Position numbers and translations under genes: made by a program | Shown: positions 10,460-20,597 of the stretch, piece by piece | How the letters are laid out: each line of letters starts with the position of its first letter | Numbering within the stretch: the first letter of the stretch is position 1 | Assembly: GCA_035516255.1 (NCBI GenBank) | Contig: DATJAL010000018.1 | Location: 22,992 to 86,991 of the forward strand | Direction: 5' to 3' | From: Chitinivibrionales bacterium | GTDB lineage: Bacteria; Fibrobacterota; Chitinivibrionia; Chitinivibrionales; FEN-1185 | DNA length: 64,000 bases | The notes under the pieces: model-generated | Told to the model about the DNA's origin: nothing | Databases searched by the model: none | What the model saw: the letters and a program-made list of their open reading frames with translations, nothing else

Positions 10460-11911
10460 TCATTTAACCCCTACGCTAAACAATCTCACCCAAACATTAC
10501 TCCTCAGAAAATATCTCCAATACACCACCCCCGCAACCACCACCCACCCTCCCAATTTATAAATAACACCCACGGGCAAAAACGCCGTTGCCAGCGCGGC
10601 AATCGAAAACACCGCCCATCCGGAAAAAACCCACGAGGGCAAGGGAAACAATCCCGCCTCACGTGACGCCCACGCCATGCACAGGCAGTATGAAGCCGAT
10701 GTCATGAGCGCGATTGCAAACAGCGTGAGAAAAAGGTCTGTTGTTCCAAGCAGCCGGGCGCAAACGATGGTCCCGGCAATGTTGACAATTGCGGCAACGG
10801 TAATGATAAGGGCGAGCCGCCAGATCCTGTTCTGGAAGCTCATGACCGGCGTCGCCGTAAAAAGCGTCATTTTGAAAAAATAGGCAAGGACAAGCGGCGC
10901 GACAAGCACGGCCACCGCGTGATATTGCGGGGCGATGAAGTATTTGCCGAACGCATGGAATGCCACAAGCTGCGGCAGGCATATTGCGAGAAGCGAAATA
11001 AGCAGAGATGACAATAGAACGATTTTCCGCGAAAAATCCCTGATTTCATCCTCGGGCAATTCTTTTTGGCGGCTGAGCATGAAATAATACGGAAACCACA
11101 TGGCATTGAGTGCCTCGGCGAAAAAGGAGCCGATAATCGCAACTTTGGCCGCGGCGGCAAAGTAGCCGGTTGCCTGTTCGCCGAGCATGAAAAACACCAC
11201 GTACCGGTTGGAAAGATCGTTGAGAATAATTCCGATTGACATTGCGGTAACCGGCAGGCCGATGCCGAGAAGCGGGGCGATGGCGGTCTTTGGGGCGAAT
11301 GAAGGGACAAACTTGTCAAAAGCGCAGCATAACAGAAATTCCGCCGCCGCGGCAATTGCCTCTGAGATGAAAATTGCCTTTAATCCGGTCCTGTGGTTCC
11401 AAAGGAGCGTGAGGAGCACTGCAACCATGATAATGACCCGAAGCACCCTGCCAAGGCCGCTTTGCACGATTTTCTGGTTGAACCTTAGAGAGGACTTGGG
11501 CACCATGCTCACCATTTCGGATGCGGCCTGCACAATAAGCCACAACGAGATCTGGCCTGCTATGTTCTGTTTGAAAAAGAAAAGGCCGCACAGATAAAAC
11601 ACGATACCGCCGCCTGCGCACATTCTGAATAAAAGCCAAAAGGCGGTGTTTTTAAGCGACGTATTCCCCAAAGGATCATTGGGTTTGAAACTCATCATTA
11701 TCGCGGACGGCAGGCCAAGAGGAACCATCACACACAGCAGCGAGAGCGTGGCGGTGATAAGTGAATAAACGCCGAAATCGGCGGGCGCAAGGATTCGCGT
11801 GTAAACCGCGATGAGGACAAACCGCACCGCGGCGGTAAAAACGTCCGCCGCGCCGTACAGGGCGCTTCCCTTGAAAAGGTACATCAGGTTTAGTTTTTTA
11901 TGCTCATCCAT
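10460..11911 (-). CDS. polysaccharide/oligosaccharide flippase (Wzx-like, MOP superfamily)
   Basis: 483 aa, hydrophobic almost throughout (12 or more predicted helices). The N-terminus FKGSALYGAADVFTAAVRFVLIAVYTRILAPADFGVYSL is typical of Wzx-type flippases. Sits in a glycan-locus context. Confidence 0.7.
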   Translation of the reverse strand: MDEHKKLNLMYLFKGSALYGAADVFTAAVRFVLIAVYTRILAPADFGVYSLITATLSLLCVMVPLGLPSAIMMSFKPNDPLGNTSLKNTAFWLLFRMCAGGGIVFYLCGLFFFKQNIAGQISLWLIVQAASEMVSMVPKSSLRFNQKIVQSGLGRVLRVIIMVAVLLTLLWNHRTGLKAIFISEAIAAAAEFLLCCAFDKFVPSFAPKTAIAPLLGIGLPVTAMSIGIILNDLSNRYVVFFMLGEQATGYFAAAAKVAIIGSFFAEALNAMWFPYYFMLSRQKELPEDEIRDFSRKIVLLSSLLISLLAICLPQLVAFHAFGKYFIAPQYHAVAVLVAPLVLAYFFKMTLFTATPVMSFQNRIWRLALIITVAAIVNIAGTIVCARLLGTTDLFLTLFAIALMTSASYCLCMAWASREAGLFPLPSWVFSGWAVFSIAALATAFLPVGVIYKLGGWVVVAGVVYWRYFLRSNVWVRLFSVGVK

Positions 11912-12081
11912 GGTAAGGTCCAGGGCTTTACAAGGTACGCATTGAATTAAAATATATTATTACGGATTAACGGATTTTCAGGCGGTTTTAAGGGGAATAC
12001 TTTTTACCAGGCACTTGTCCGGCGATATATTTTAGCTTTCTGCAATATATTTTACTGGATAAAATGTTGTCGGCCATGTAA

Positions 12082-15000
12082 ATGAAAGTGGATTTTAGCC
12101 GTAGTATTGCTATGACCCTTGATCATCAAATAAAGCGTATATACCGCAGGTGTATCGTTTTACTTCCAGTATTGATGCTGTTTACTTGCGCCTTTGATCC
12201 CTTTTTTCCTCGCAAGCTTACCTACGTGAACCTTTCCGTGGTCAGCGACGGCAACGGGACCGTGTCCATCGTGCCCCGCGGCGGAAAGATGTCTTCGGGC
12301 AGCGAGGTATATATTACGGCGGAAGCAAACGCCGGATATGTGTTTGCCGGGTTTTTCGGAGATTTGCGCTCCACCACAAATCCGCTGCACCTTTTTGTAA
12401 CCGAGAACATTGCCGACACCGCCCGTTTTGTAAAGCTGCCGGACTCCTCGCGCATGGCGAAAATACGGTCGGCGGGCGTGACCTTCACCATGGGATCCAG
12501 CGCCGCGCCTTCGCAGGTCAACGAGCGGCCGCCGCACCTCGTGTCGTTCACCTACGACTATTTTATGGACAAATGCGAAGTGACGCAGGGCGCATACCGC
12601 GCGGCAATGGGCGTCAACCCTGCGGTGGACAACGCAACACAGGGCACTTTCGGGGTCGGTGATTCGTTTCCCGTGTATTATGTGAGCTTCTACGACGCGG
12701 CCCTGTACTGCAACCGCAGAAGTAAAATTGACGGATACGACACGGTGTACTCCTACACGGCGGTGTGCGCCTCCGGCACGCAATGTCCCTATGTCCTCGA
12801 AAATCTCACTGCGCATTACGACCGCAGGGGATACCGCCTGCCCACCGAGGCGGAATGGGAATACGCATGTAGGGCCGGCAGTTCGTCCGAGTATTTCTGG
12901 GGCGATAGCGCTGGCGCCCAGGCGCAGAAATACGCCTGGTATAGCGGCAATTCCAACTATACCAGCCATCCCGTCGGCACGACGCAACCGAACCCGTTCG
13001 GGCTGTACGACATGACCGGCAACGTCTCGGAGTTCGTGGGAGATTGGCTGGGCACGTACGGCGATTCCCTTGCCGTCAACCCCATCGGCCCGACCGGCCT
13101 CACCCTCGAGCAGTATGAGGCTAAATGGAACCGGCCCGTGCGCGGCGGCTGCTACAGTCTCGGCCCTGAGTTCCTCAGGTCGGCTTGCCGTTCCGAACCG
13201 TATCCGGCGCCGGCGTTCATTGCCGGCCCGCACACCGGGTTCCGTACCGTGCTCGGCGTGTTTTTCGCGGACACGGGAGTCCGCGTCAACGTGCATGAAA
13301 GCGACACGCTCGGCGTCACGGTGACCTGCGCCAAATCGGATCTCATCTCGCTTATCGGCACGTCGAAGGTGAAAATTGCTTTCGTCAAGGAAGACAACGT
13401 GCGCCGCAGGCTGTGCTACATCGATTTCTCCGCGACGGACGCTGCAGTGCGCGCCATCGCGGACTCGCTGCCGGCATACGGCCCGGCGCTGTCGCCCAAC
13501 GGCGCCTCTGTGGCGTACGGGTCGCAGAGTATCGGTTTTTTCTCGCCGTCCCAGACCACGGTGCGCCTCCTGAACAACGCGACGTCCACCTGCGTGCGCA
13601 CGCCGGCCGGCAGCGCGGCCTACCTGCCGTCGTGGTGGGTGGACCCGGCAACGCTTGACACCTGCGTCATCTATGCCGAAGGCGCGTCCATGAACAATCT
13701 GCCGCAGTGGCTTTCGGAACGCACCATGCGGCTTCGCATGAGCGGACTTTCGTTTGCCGGACCGGCCGAAGCGGTCGGCATCACCGGATCGTACCACGGT
13801 GGGGCGTCGAAAAACGGCTTTTTCGCCGCCACGGGGTATCCGAACGCCTATCTCTGCGACGTCCGGCTCAACAACCGGATCAGATATTTCCTTCCGCCGT
13901 ATTCCGGACGCGACGACACCGCCCAGGTGTGCAACGTGTCCATAACGCCGGGCATTGCCCGTCCCGACGAGATCATGTTCCTTGACTTCGGCTACCCGTT
14001 AAAGGCAAGTACCGTGGTGGGAAAGCCCTACCGGTTCCATTCCATCATCTTCATCTGCAACTCGTGCGTGCTCTGCAACACGCACGTGCAGCGGTGGTAC
14101 GAAGTGCCTGCCGGATTTGACGAATGGGACTGCGTAAAATGGTCGAACCACCCGGACTTCGCCGCCGCGGCGGCGAAGCCGTCGGGCAGCGGGAGCGCAT
14201 CGTCGCTGTTCATCATCAATCTCAAGGATTCTTCGTACTTGCGGGTGGCGGACGGCGACGGGCTGTGCGACCCCTACTGCTGGATCGATCCTGCTGAGGT
14301 TTCGGAGGTGCCCGATCCCTACGCCGATTTCGCGCAGTACGATGTGCCCATGGAGGTCAACTACGGCTCCCAGCTCCAGATCACCAAGAAGCTCAAACTG
14401 TTCTGGAAGCGGTGCACCGCCTTCAACGTGGCGGTATGCGGGAGCTCGCCCGCCTACTACGGCGTCGACCCGTCGTACATGCCCTCGTTCTCGGCCGTCA
14501 ATATGGCCGTGTTCATGGACGAGATGCTGCTTTCCGAGGTGCTGTCGATGCAGTATGCCTTAATACATGATCCGAACCTGAAAGCCGTGCTGCTGGGGCT
14601 CGACCCCGGTTTTCTCAACCTCGATTCCCACTGGGCGGACCCGTTCCTCAACGGGCTTTACGATTCGGAAGGATACCGTTTTGACAAGAGCAACAATTTC
14701 TGGAGGGCGGGCGTTCCGGCGCCGGTGGCGTCGAAGATCAACGGCTTCGGCCCGGCGTCATGGGACGGGTTTGATTCCACCGGCTACACCGTTGAACGGA
14801 TTTCGGGGTCCTGGGGCCAGCCTGAAATTGACAAAGGGGATTACGCGATTACGGACACCTTCGTGCAGGTGAACCTGAAACACCTTGCCGCCCTGGCGGA
14901 CACGTTCGCCTCGCATTCCATTCAGGTGCTCATGGTGCAGTACCCTGAAAACCCGGCGTACAAAACAACCACCTCCATCGGCCGCTACGGCCCGTCGCGG

Positions 15001-15198
15001 CAGACCTTTGGCCTGCTTGCTCAATGGCTCGACAGCCTTTCACAGGCAAACCCCTTCTTCCATTTCTACGACGCGAACAACTACGGAAACCACGATTACG
15101 CCGATTCGGAGGCCGAGGACGCCAACCACCTGAACTATCTCGGCGCGCGCAAATTGAGCCCGAGGCTTGACAGCCTCCTTAAAATGTACGTCAAATAA
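12082..15198 (+). CDS. large exported protein: InlB-B-repeat-like module + FGE-sulfatase (SUMF1-type) domain + long uncharacterised C-terminal region with SGNH-like end
   Basis: Possible lipobox (LMLFTC). FGE-sulfatase signature run: PHLVSFTYDYFMDKCEVTQGAY...YRLPTEAEWEYACRAGS...NPFGLYDMTGNVSEFVGDW...RPVRGGCY. C-terminal VCGSSPAYYG ... EDANHLNYLGA resembles GDS/DxxH blocks. Confidence 0.75.
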   Translation: MKVDFSRSIAMTLDHQIKRIYRRCIVLLPVLMLFTCAFDPFFPRKLTYVNLSVVSDGNGTVSIVPRGGKMSSGSEVYITAEANAGYVFAGFFGDLRSTTNPLHLFVTENIADTARFVKLPDSSRMAKIRSAGVTFTMGSSAAPSQVNERPPHLVSFTYDYFMDKCEVTQGAYRAAMGVNPAVDNATQGTFGVGDSFPVYYVSFYDAALYCNRRSKIDGYDTVYSYTAVCASGTQCPYVLENLTAHYDRRGYRLPTEAEWEYACRAGSSSEYFWGDSAGAQAQKYAWYSGNSNYTSHPVGTTQPNPFGLYDMTGNVSEFVGDWLGTYGDSLAVNPIGPTGLTLEQYEAKWNRPVRGGCYSLGPEFLRSACRSEPYPAPAFIAGPHTGFRTVLGVFFADTGVRVNVHESDTLGVTVTCAKSDLISLIGTSKVKIAFVKEDNVRRRLCYIDFSATDAAVRAIADSLPAYGPALSPNGASVAYGSQSIGFFSPSQTTVRLLNNATSTCVRTPAGSAAYLPSWWVDPATLDTCVIYAEGASMNNLPQWLSERTMRLRMSGLSFAGPAEAVGITGSYHGGASKNGFFAATGYPNAYLCDVRLNNRIRYFLPPYSGRDDTAQVCNVSITPGIARPDEIMFLDFGYPLKASTVVGKPYRFHSIIFICNSCVLCNTHVQRWYEVPAGFDEWDCVKWSNHPDFAAAAAKPSGSGSASSLFIINLKDSSYLRVADGDGLCDPYCWIDPAEVSEVPDPYADFAQYDVPMEVNYGSQLQITKKLKLFWKRCTAFNVAVCGSSPAYYGVDPSYMPSFSAVNMAVFMDEMLLSEVLSMQYALIHDPNLKAVLLGLDPGFLNLDSHWADPFLNGLYDSEGYRFDKSNNFWRAGVPAPVASKINGFGPASWDGFDSTGYTVERISGSWGQPEIDKGDYAITDTFVQVNLKHLAALADTFASHSIQVLMVQYPENPAYKTTTSIGRYGPSRQTFGLLAQWLDSLSQANPFFHFYDANNYGNHDYADSEAEDANHLNYLGARKLSPRLDSLLKMYVK

Positions 15199-15382
15199 TT
15201 CGTGCTTGAACGCGGTCTTTTTAAGATAGCCCTTCCGGCATTTTTTCACAGTCTCATTGCTTTGATACCCCGGCGCTACAACGTATTTTTAACCAGGATT
15301 ACGCTGATAAAAAATGATGGCGCCGATTGTAATCGCGGAAATTGATTATCCTCGTTAATTGCTCTTCAGGGGAGAAAGTATA

Positions 15383-16597
15383 ATGCTGCATGGGATGGCG
15401 GGCCCCTTTTTCTGGACGCGGGCGCTCTTCGTGTTTTGCAGCCTGGTGGTTGCGGGCGTGTTTCTCAGCACCTTCTTCACCGTGTTGTACCAGCGGCTTT
15501 TCTATAAAAAGTACTACCGTTCGAAATACGACCCATCCTTTCATCCGCGATGCTCCGTGATCGTGCCCTGCAAGGGCGGCTCCCCAAAAAATTTCGAGGA
15601 AAACCTGATGTCGTTTCTGCGGCTCGACTACGACAGCTACGAAGTGCTGTTCGCGGTGGAGAGCGAAAGCGACGGAGCGGTTCCGAAAATACGAAAGGTG
15701 ATCGCAGGCAATCCGAAAGCGTCGCTCGTTATTGCAGGACTTTCAACAAAATGCGCGCAGAAGAACTTCAACCAGCTTGCGGCAGTGGCGCGGGCGAACG
15801 ACCCCGACGTGTACGTGTTCGCCGACGTCGACATCTCGCCCCGGCCGCAATGGCTTGCGGAGATCATCCTGCCGCTTTCCAACCCGAAAATCTCCGTGAC
15901 CACGGGCTTCCGGTGGCTTAACGCGGAGCGCGGCACGCTCGGCCAGCAAGCGCATTTTTACATGAACTCATTCCTGTACACGCTCTACAGCACCGCGTCG
16001 TTTGTCGGCAGCGTGGGGTTGTGGGGCGGCTCCATGGCCATACGCAAGAAAGATTTTGACGAGCTTAACGTGGCCGGCCGCTGGTCCGAGACCGTGGTGG
16101 ACGACAGCAGCCTTTCGCAGCTCATCAAGAAGCACCGGAAAAAATCCATTCTCGTGCCCACGTGCATCACCCACACCGACGACCTCATCGACAGCGTGCG
16201 GGACGCCACGCGTTGGTTCGAGCGGCAGATGATGTTCCTCAAGCTGTATCAGAAGAGCCTGTGGATCGCTGCCATGCCGGTCATTATCATCACCTTTGTC
16301 ACGCTGGTGTGGCTTCCGTGCGCCGCTGCCGTGGGACTTTGCACCTCCCGCTCTTTTTACGCCGTGGCGGGCGGGTCCTCGCTCATGTTGCTTTTAGGGA
16401 AATTCATCTCCGACCTGATGTACCCCCTCCTGGGGACTATACCGCGGCTGGGCTCTTTCATGTTCTTTCAGCCGGCGGCGCTGTGCGTGTTTCTCTTCAG
16501 CTGCATACGGACCACCTTCAGAAGAACCATCGTGTGGAGCGGCATAAAATATTATCTCTCGTTTTCGGGAAAAGTCATCCGCCTGGAAAGGCTGTAA
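15383..16597 (+). CDS. membrane glycosyltransferase, GT2/GT21-like (ceramide-glucosyltransferase/HpnI-like)
   Basis: The track start 15359 is TTG. ATG 15383 is preceded by GGAGAAAG. Motifs: SVIVPCKG...LRLDYDSYEVLFAVES...VFADVDI...(R)WFERQ (Q/RxxRW-like), with N- and C-terminal TM helices. Confidence 0.7.
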   Translation: MLHGMAGPFFWTRALFVFCSLVVAGVFLSTFFTVLYQRLFYKKYYRSKYDPSFHPRCSVIVPCKGGSPKNFEENLMSFLRLDYDSYEVLFAVESESDGAVPKIRKVIAGNPKASLVIAGLSTKCAQKNFNQLAAVARANDPDVYVFADVDISPRPQWLAEIILPLSNPKISVTTGFRWLNAERGTLGQQAHFYMNSFLYTLYSTASFVGSVGLWGGSMAIRKKDFDELNVAGRWSETVVDDSSLSQLIKKHRKKSILVPTCITHTDDLIDSVRDATRWFERQMMFLKLYQKSLWIAAMPVIIITFVTLVWLPCAAAVGLCTSRSFYAVAGGSSLMLLLGKFISDLMYPLLGTIPRLGSFMFFQPAALCVFLFSCIRTTFRRTIVWSGIKYYLSFSGKVIRLERL

Positions 16598-16598
16598 C

Positions 16599-17216
16599 AT
16601 GAACGTCGCGGTGTTCGCGTCGGGCGGCGGAAGCAATTTTCAGGCGCTCATCGACCGGGCGGAGGCCGGCGATCTCCATTGCACCTTGGCGTTATGCGTC
16701 GGCAACAACAGCGCCGCGTTTGCCTTTGAACGGGCAAAAAAGCATGGCATACCAACGCGCCACATCGCGCCGTCGCATTTTACAAATGAGCAGAGCTACG
16801 CAGAGGCACTGCTTGCCGTGCTCAGGGAATACCGCATCGATGTCATCGCGCTTGCGGGATACATGAAAAAAATTCCCCATTCCGTCATCACCACCTATCC
16901 GCAAAAAATCATCAATATCCATCCGGGACTCCTGCCCGGATTCGGCGGCAAGGGGCTCTACGGGGAGAAGGTGCATCAGGCGGTTCTCGATTACGGGGCG
17001 AAAATTTCCGGCATCACGATTCATTTCGTCGATGAAGAATACGATCACGGCCCGATCATTTTCCAGGACACGGTGAAGGTGCTTGACAGCGACGACAGCC
17101 ACACCCTCGCGGAGCGCGTGCTCAAGGTTGAGCACGCGAGCTACTGGCGGGTTCTCGAGGCCCTCACGCAGGGGCGCATTTCGGTAAAAGGCCGCAGGGT
17201 GTATGGCGCGGTGTGA
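16599..17216 (+). CDS. purN: phosphoribosylglycinamide formyltransferase
   Basis: VFASGGGSNFQALID...IALAGYMKKIP...INIHPGLLPGFGG...GITIHFVDEEYDHGPII. Typical PurN length and motifs. Confidence 0.9.
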   Translation: MNVAVFASGGGSNFQALIDRAEAGDLHCTLALCVGNNSAAFAFERAKKHGIPTRHIAPSHFTNEQSYAEALLAVLREYRIDVIALAGYMKKIPHSVITTYPQKIINIHPGLLPGFGGKGLYGEKVHQAVLDYGAKISGITIHFVDEEYDHGPIIFQDTVKVLDSDDSHTLAERVLKVEHASYWRVLEALTQGRISVKGRRVYGAV

Positions 17217-17880
17217 CACGCAGTTGCTGTACGATTTCGACCTTCGCATCGAGGCCGGGCTCGGCTGCCGCGTTGCTGGGCTTGACGAGGCGGGCCGCGG
17301 CCCCCTGGCTGGACCCGTGGTCGCCGCCGCGGTGATGCTCGACCTCGGCAGGCCGATCCCCGGGGTCAACGATTCGAAAAAGCTTTCCGCGAAAAAAAGG
17401 GACGAACTGTACGGCCTCATCATTGCCGGCGCCGCCGCCTGGGCGGTCGGGGAGGCGTCGGTGGAGGAAATTGACAAACACAACATCCTGCAGGCGAGCC
17501 TCCTTGCCATGAAACGGGCGCTCGACGCGATGTCCCGCCCCTGGTCGCTTGCGCTGGTCGACGGCAACCGCGGCATCCCGGACCTTGACAACGGCCGCCA
17601 GCTCACCGTGGTGGGAGGCGACGGCAAAAGCGCGTCCATAGCGGCGGCCTCGATCATCGCAAAGGTGACCCGCGACAGGATCATGGCGTCCTGGCACGGC
17701 CGGTATCCGGCGTACGAATTCTCCCTGCACAAGGGATACGGCACGGCGCTGCACCGCGAGAGGATCAGGCAACTCGGTCTGTGCGAGATACACCGTAAGA
17801 GCTTCTGCGCTAATCTTGTATCGCAGACCGCCATGGACCTGGCCATAACGGCGCCGTCTCCGGGGAAGGAACCGCAATGA
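17203..17880 (+). CDS. rnhB: ribonuclease HII
   Basis: VAGLDEAGRGPLAGPVVAAAV, NDSKKLSAKKR and IAAASIIAKVTRD motifs. Overlaps the purN end by 14 nt. Confidence 0.9.
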   Translation: MARCDTQLLYDFDLRIEAGLGCRVAGLDEAGRGPLAGPVVAAAVMLDLGRPIPGVNDSKKLSAKKRDELYGLIIAGAAAWAVGEASVEEIDKHNILQASLLAMKRALDAMSRPWSLALVDGNRGIPDLDNGRQLTVVGGDGKSASIAAASIIAKVTRDRIMASWHGRYPAYEFSLHKGYGTALHRERIRQLGLCEIHRKSFCANLVSQTAMDLAITAPSPGKEPQ

Positions 17881-18245
17881 ACCTTCAGGTCACCGAAGAG
17901 GGGACGTGGTACCGGTTCAAGGTCCTCGAAAAAAATACCTGGACGCCTTCCACGTTCTTTCCCCAGCTCGACAGCGTGCTGGCGCGGATAAAGACCGTGC
18001 TCGCGGAAAAGAAAGGTGCGCGGATCCTGTTCGACCTGAGCGCGCTTGACACCATAGACAGCTCGCTCATCACGGTGCTCGTCCAGACGGTGCGCATGAC
18101 CGGCGTTGACCGCGTGAGCGTGCTCGTATCGCACCCCGATGTTTACAGCTGGCTCGCCCTGCTCGGCCTCGACCGTCTCGCCGAGATATTCGACTCCGAG
18201 GAGGCATGGCGCCGGAAGCAAAAGCACCCGGAAGGACAAGGATAA
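17877..18245 (+). CDS. STAS-domain protein (anti-sigma-antagonist-like)
   Basis: 122 aa. ARILFDLSALDTIDSSLITVLVQTVRMTG is an STAS-like core. ATGA overlap with the rnhB stop. Confidence 0.55.
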   Translation: MNLQVTEEGTWYRFKVLEKNTWTPSTFFPQLDSVLARIKTVLAEKKGARILFDLSALDTIDSSLITVLVQTVRMTGVDRVSVLVSHPDVYSWLALLGLDRLAEIFDSEEAWRRKQKHPEGQG

Positions 18246-18249
18246 GACA

Positions 18250-19557
18250 ATGCCCGACGCCAGGCCCTTTAACGGTTATCGGTACGCACTTGACAAACCG
18301 GAAGATTTGGGAAGGTTCGTGGCCCCGCCGTACGATATGATCGACACTGCCATGGTAGCGAGGCTGTACGAGAAAGACGCGGCCAACGTGGTGCGGGTGA
18401 TCCAGAACAAAAAGGAGAGGTCCGACACCGAAAACCGCGACCGTCACCACCGGGCGGCAGCGTTCCTCAATGAATGGATCTCCTCCGGCGTGCTTAAAAA
18501 GGACGCGGAGCCATCGCTGTACGTGTACCGCCATGAGTTCGCGGTGCGGCAGGGGAGCAAAACCGTTTCGTACAAGCGCACGTCGGTGATCGCGCTGGTG
18601 AAGCTCGTTGACTATGAAAAAAGGCTCATCCTGCCGCACGAATACACACTTTCGGGTCCCAAGATAGACCGTTACGAGCTTTTGTCCGCAACGCGGACCC
18701 ACTCCGAGCTCATCTTCGGTATCGTGCCCGACGAGGGGCTGCTTTACAAGGTGATAACCTCATGCGCAACCGGACCTGTAGTGGGGTCGTTCGAGTCCGA
18801 TGGAGGAGTGCGGCATTCCCTGTTCCGCATCGCGGACGGCGCCGCCATTAAACGGCTCACCGACGCCCTTGCGGGAAAAAAAGTGCTCATCGCAGACGGA
18901 CACCACCGCTACGAAACCGCGCTCACATTTTTCAAAGACACGGCCAACCCCGAGCATGCCTACGTGGTCATGGCGCTCGTTTCCATGGCCGACCCAGGCC
19001 TCGTGATACGGCCCTTTCACCGTCTCGTCCGCTCATCGCCGGGCTCGCTCGACGTGCCCCTCATGCAAGCGCTGAAGCAGTTCTTCGATGTAAAGGACCT
19101 CGGCCCCGCGGCGTTCGGTGCGGTGCAGAAATTTCTTGAGAAACGCGCGCTGCCCGAAATACTTTTTCTCGATTCGTCGGACCAACGGCTCTACGGGCTC
19201 ACGCTGAGCCGGGCCGGCGGCGAGTACCTCTCAAAGAACCCGCACGGCATGTCGAAACGGTGGAACCTCCTCGACGTCTCGAAGATAAATTCCATTGTTG
19301 TCAACAAGATCCTGTCACTCCCGCTCGACGGCACCGTGCTCCACGACCTCATCGATTATCTCAACGACCCCGAAGCCGCCTATGACGAGGCCATGCGCGA
19401 CGCCAACGCGTACCGCGGCGCGTTTTTCATCCGGCCGCTCGACATCGAAACGGTCAACGCGATCGTGTCCGGCGGCGAGCGCATGCCGCAGAAGTCGACC
19501 AATTTTTTTCCGAAGTTCTTTTCGGGCCTTGTTTTCAACCGCATGGAGAACGGGTGA
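18250..19557 (+). CDS. DUF1015-family protein
   Basis: The track ORF starts at 18139, inside the STAS gene. ATG 18250 gives MPDARPFNGYRYA...FVAPPYDMID, the characteristic DUF1015 N-terminus; the later IADGHHRYETAL also fits. Confidence 0.8.
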   Translation: MPDARPFNGYRYALDKPEDLGRFVAPPYDMIDTAMVARLYEKDAANVVRVIQNKKERSDTENRDRHHRAAAFLNEWISSGVLKKDAEPSLYVYRHEFAVRQGSKTVSYKRTSVIALVKLVDYEKRLILPHEYTLSGPKIDRYELLSATRTHSELIFGIVPDEGLLYKVITSCATGPVVGSFESDGGVRHSLFRIADGAAIKRLTDALAGKKVLIADGHHRYETALTFFKDTANPEHAYVVMALVSMADPGLVIRPFHRLVRSSPGSLDVPLMQALKQFFDVKDLGPAAFGAVQKFLEKRALPEILFLDSSDQRLYGLTLSRAGGEYLSKNPHGMSKRWNLLDVSKINSIVVNKILSLPLDGTVLHDLIDYLNDPEAAYDEAMRDANAYRGAFFIRPLDIETVNAIVSGGERMPQKSTNFFPKFFSGLVFNRMENG

Positions 19558-20597
19558 GACTGTCCCGCGCCATCCAGTGGGTGTTGGGCGCCGGCCTCGC
19601 GGCCGCGGGTCTTTTGATTTTTTTCAGGAATGTCGAGCCGCACCGGCTGGCCGAGCAGCTGCTCCACACCAACCTTTTTGTTATCCTCCTCTGCGCCTTG
19701 TTAACGGTGTTCACGCTGTGGTTCAGGGCGCTGCGGTGGCGCGTTTTGCTTCCCGCAAAACAGGCAGCGCATAAAAAACGGTTGTTCTCCATTGTCTCCG
19801 TCGCGTTCATGATCAACAACATCCTTCCCGCACGCATGGGTGAGGCGGCGCGGGTCGTCCTGTTATGGAAGAGGAACGGATACGGCATCGCGGTAAGCAT
19901 CGGCACCCTCATCATGGAGCGGGGGATCGACCTTCTCATGTTCAGCGCATGCTTTTTTATGCCCGTGTTTCTGGCGCCTATTTTCAGCCCGGGCGGCGGC
20001 CTGGCATCGGAGTCGGGTTACAAAACGGCGACGCTGCACACCTTTGCGGTGATCCTGGCGGCCGGCGTAGCAGTGTCGCTGGCGCTGCTATTTGCCTATT
20101 CCCGCGCGCCGCAGGCCGTTGCATGGTTGGGCGGAAAATGCCTGAAATTGCTTCCTGTCAAGATGCATCCCCGCCTCAAGCGCATCGGCCGCGACGTGAT
20201 TTCCTCGCTCGACTGGACATTCTCGGTCAAAAAGTGGCTGGCGGTGCTCTTTTTTTCCTGCATGATCGTGTCGTGTTACGCACTCATGATCGTTTTTCTT
20301 GCCGGACCCGGGAAATTCGGATTTTTATTCGGCCTTTTTTCCCAGGCGTTCGCGGCGCTTGGCGCCGCTATCCCGCTGGCGCCGGGGTACGTGGGAACGC
20401 TCCACGCGATGATGCTCGAGGGCCTTGCTCTGTGCGGCATGGCGCACGACAAGGCCCAGGCCATCACCATCCTGTTTCACGCGGTATCGTATATCACGGC
20501 GACTCTGTTGGGACTGTATTATTTTTTCAGCATGAATATTTCATTCAAAGACATTTCCGAAGCCGAAAAGACGATTGAAAAAGAGGAAGAACAATGA
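19554..20597 (+). CDS. flippase-like integral membrane protein (UPF0104 / MprF-TM-like)
   Basis: GTG start overlapping the previous stop (GTGA). ~8 hydrophobic helices. The N-terminus WVLGAGLAAAGLLIFFRNVEPHRLAEQL is typical of this family. Confidence 0.6.
   Translation: MRLSRAIQWVLGAGLAAAGLLIFFRNVEPHRLAEQLLHTNLFVILLCALLTVFTLWFRALRWRVLLPAKQAAHKKRLFSIVSVAFMINNILPARMGEAARVVLLWKRNGYGIAVSIGTLIMERGIDLLMFSACFFMPVFLAPIFSPGGGLASESGYKTATLHTFAVILAAGVAVSLALLFAYSRAPQAVAWLGGKCLKLLPVKMHPRLKRIGRDVISSLDWTFSVKKWLAVLFFSCMIVSCYALMIVFLAGPGKFGFLFGLFSQAFAALGAAIPLAPGYVGTLHAMMLEGLALCGMAHDKAQAITILFHAVSYITATLLGLYYFFSMNISFKDISEAEKTIEKEEEQ

Noticed and set aside
12160-13797. 545-aa ORF on the minus strand, antisense to the FGE-sulfatase-domain gene.
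   Set aside because: Its R/G/A/H/P-rich, low-complexity composition is typical of an antisense frame in GC-rich coding DNA. The plus-strand frame carries an unmistakable conserved domain. Treated as a shadow ORF.
16692-18239. 515-aa minus-strand ORF spanning purN, rnhB and the STAS gene (also 17164-17877).
   Set aside because: It is antisense to three genes with textbook motifs, and its composition is R/A/P-rich. Shadow ORF.
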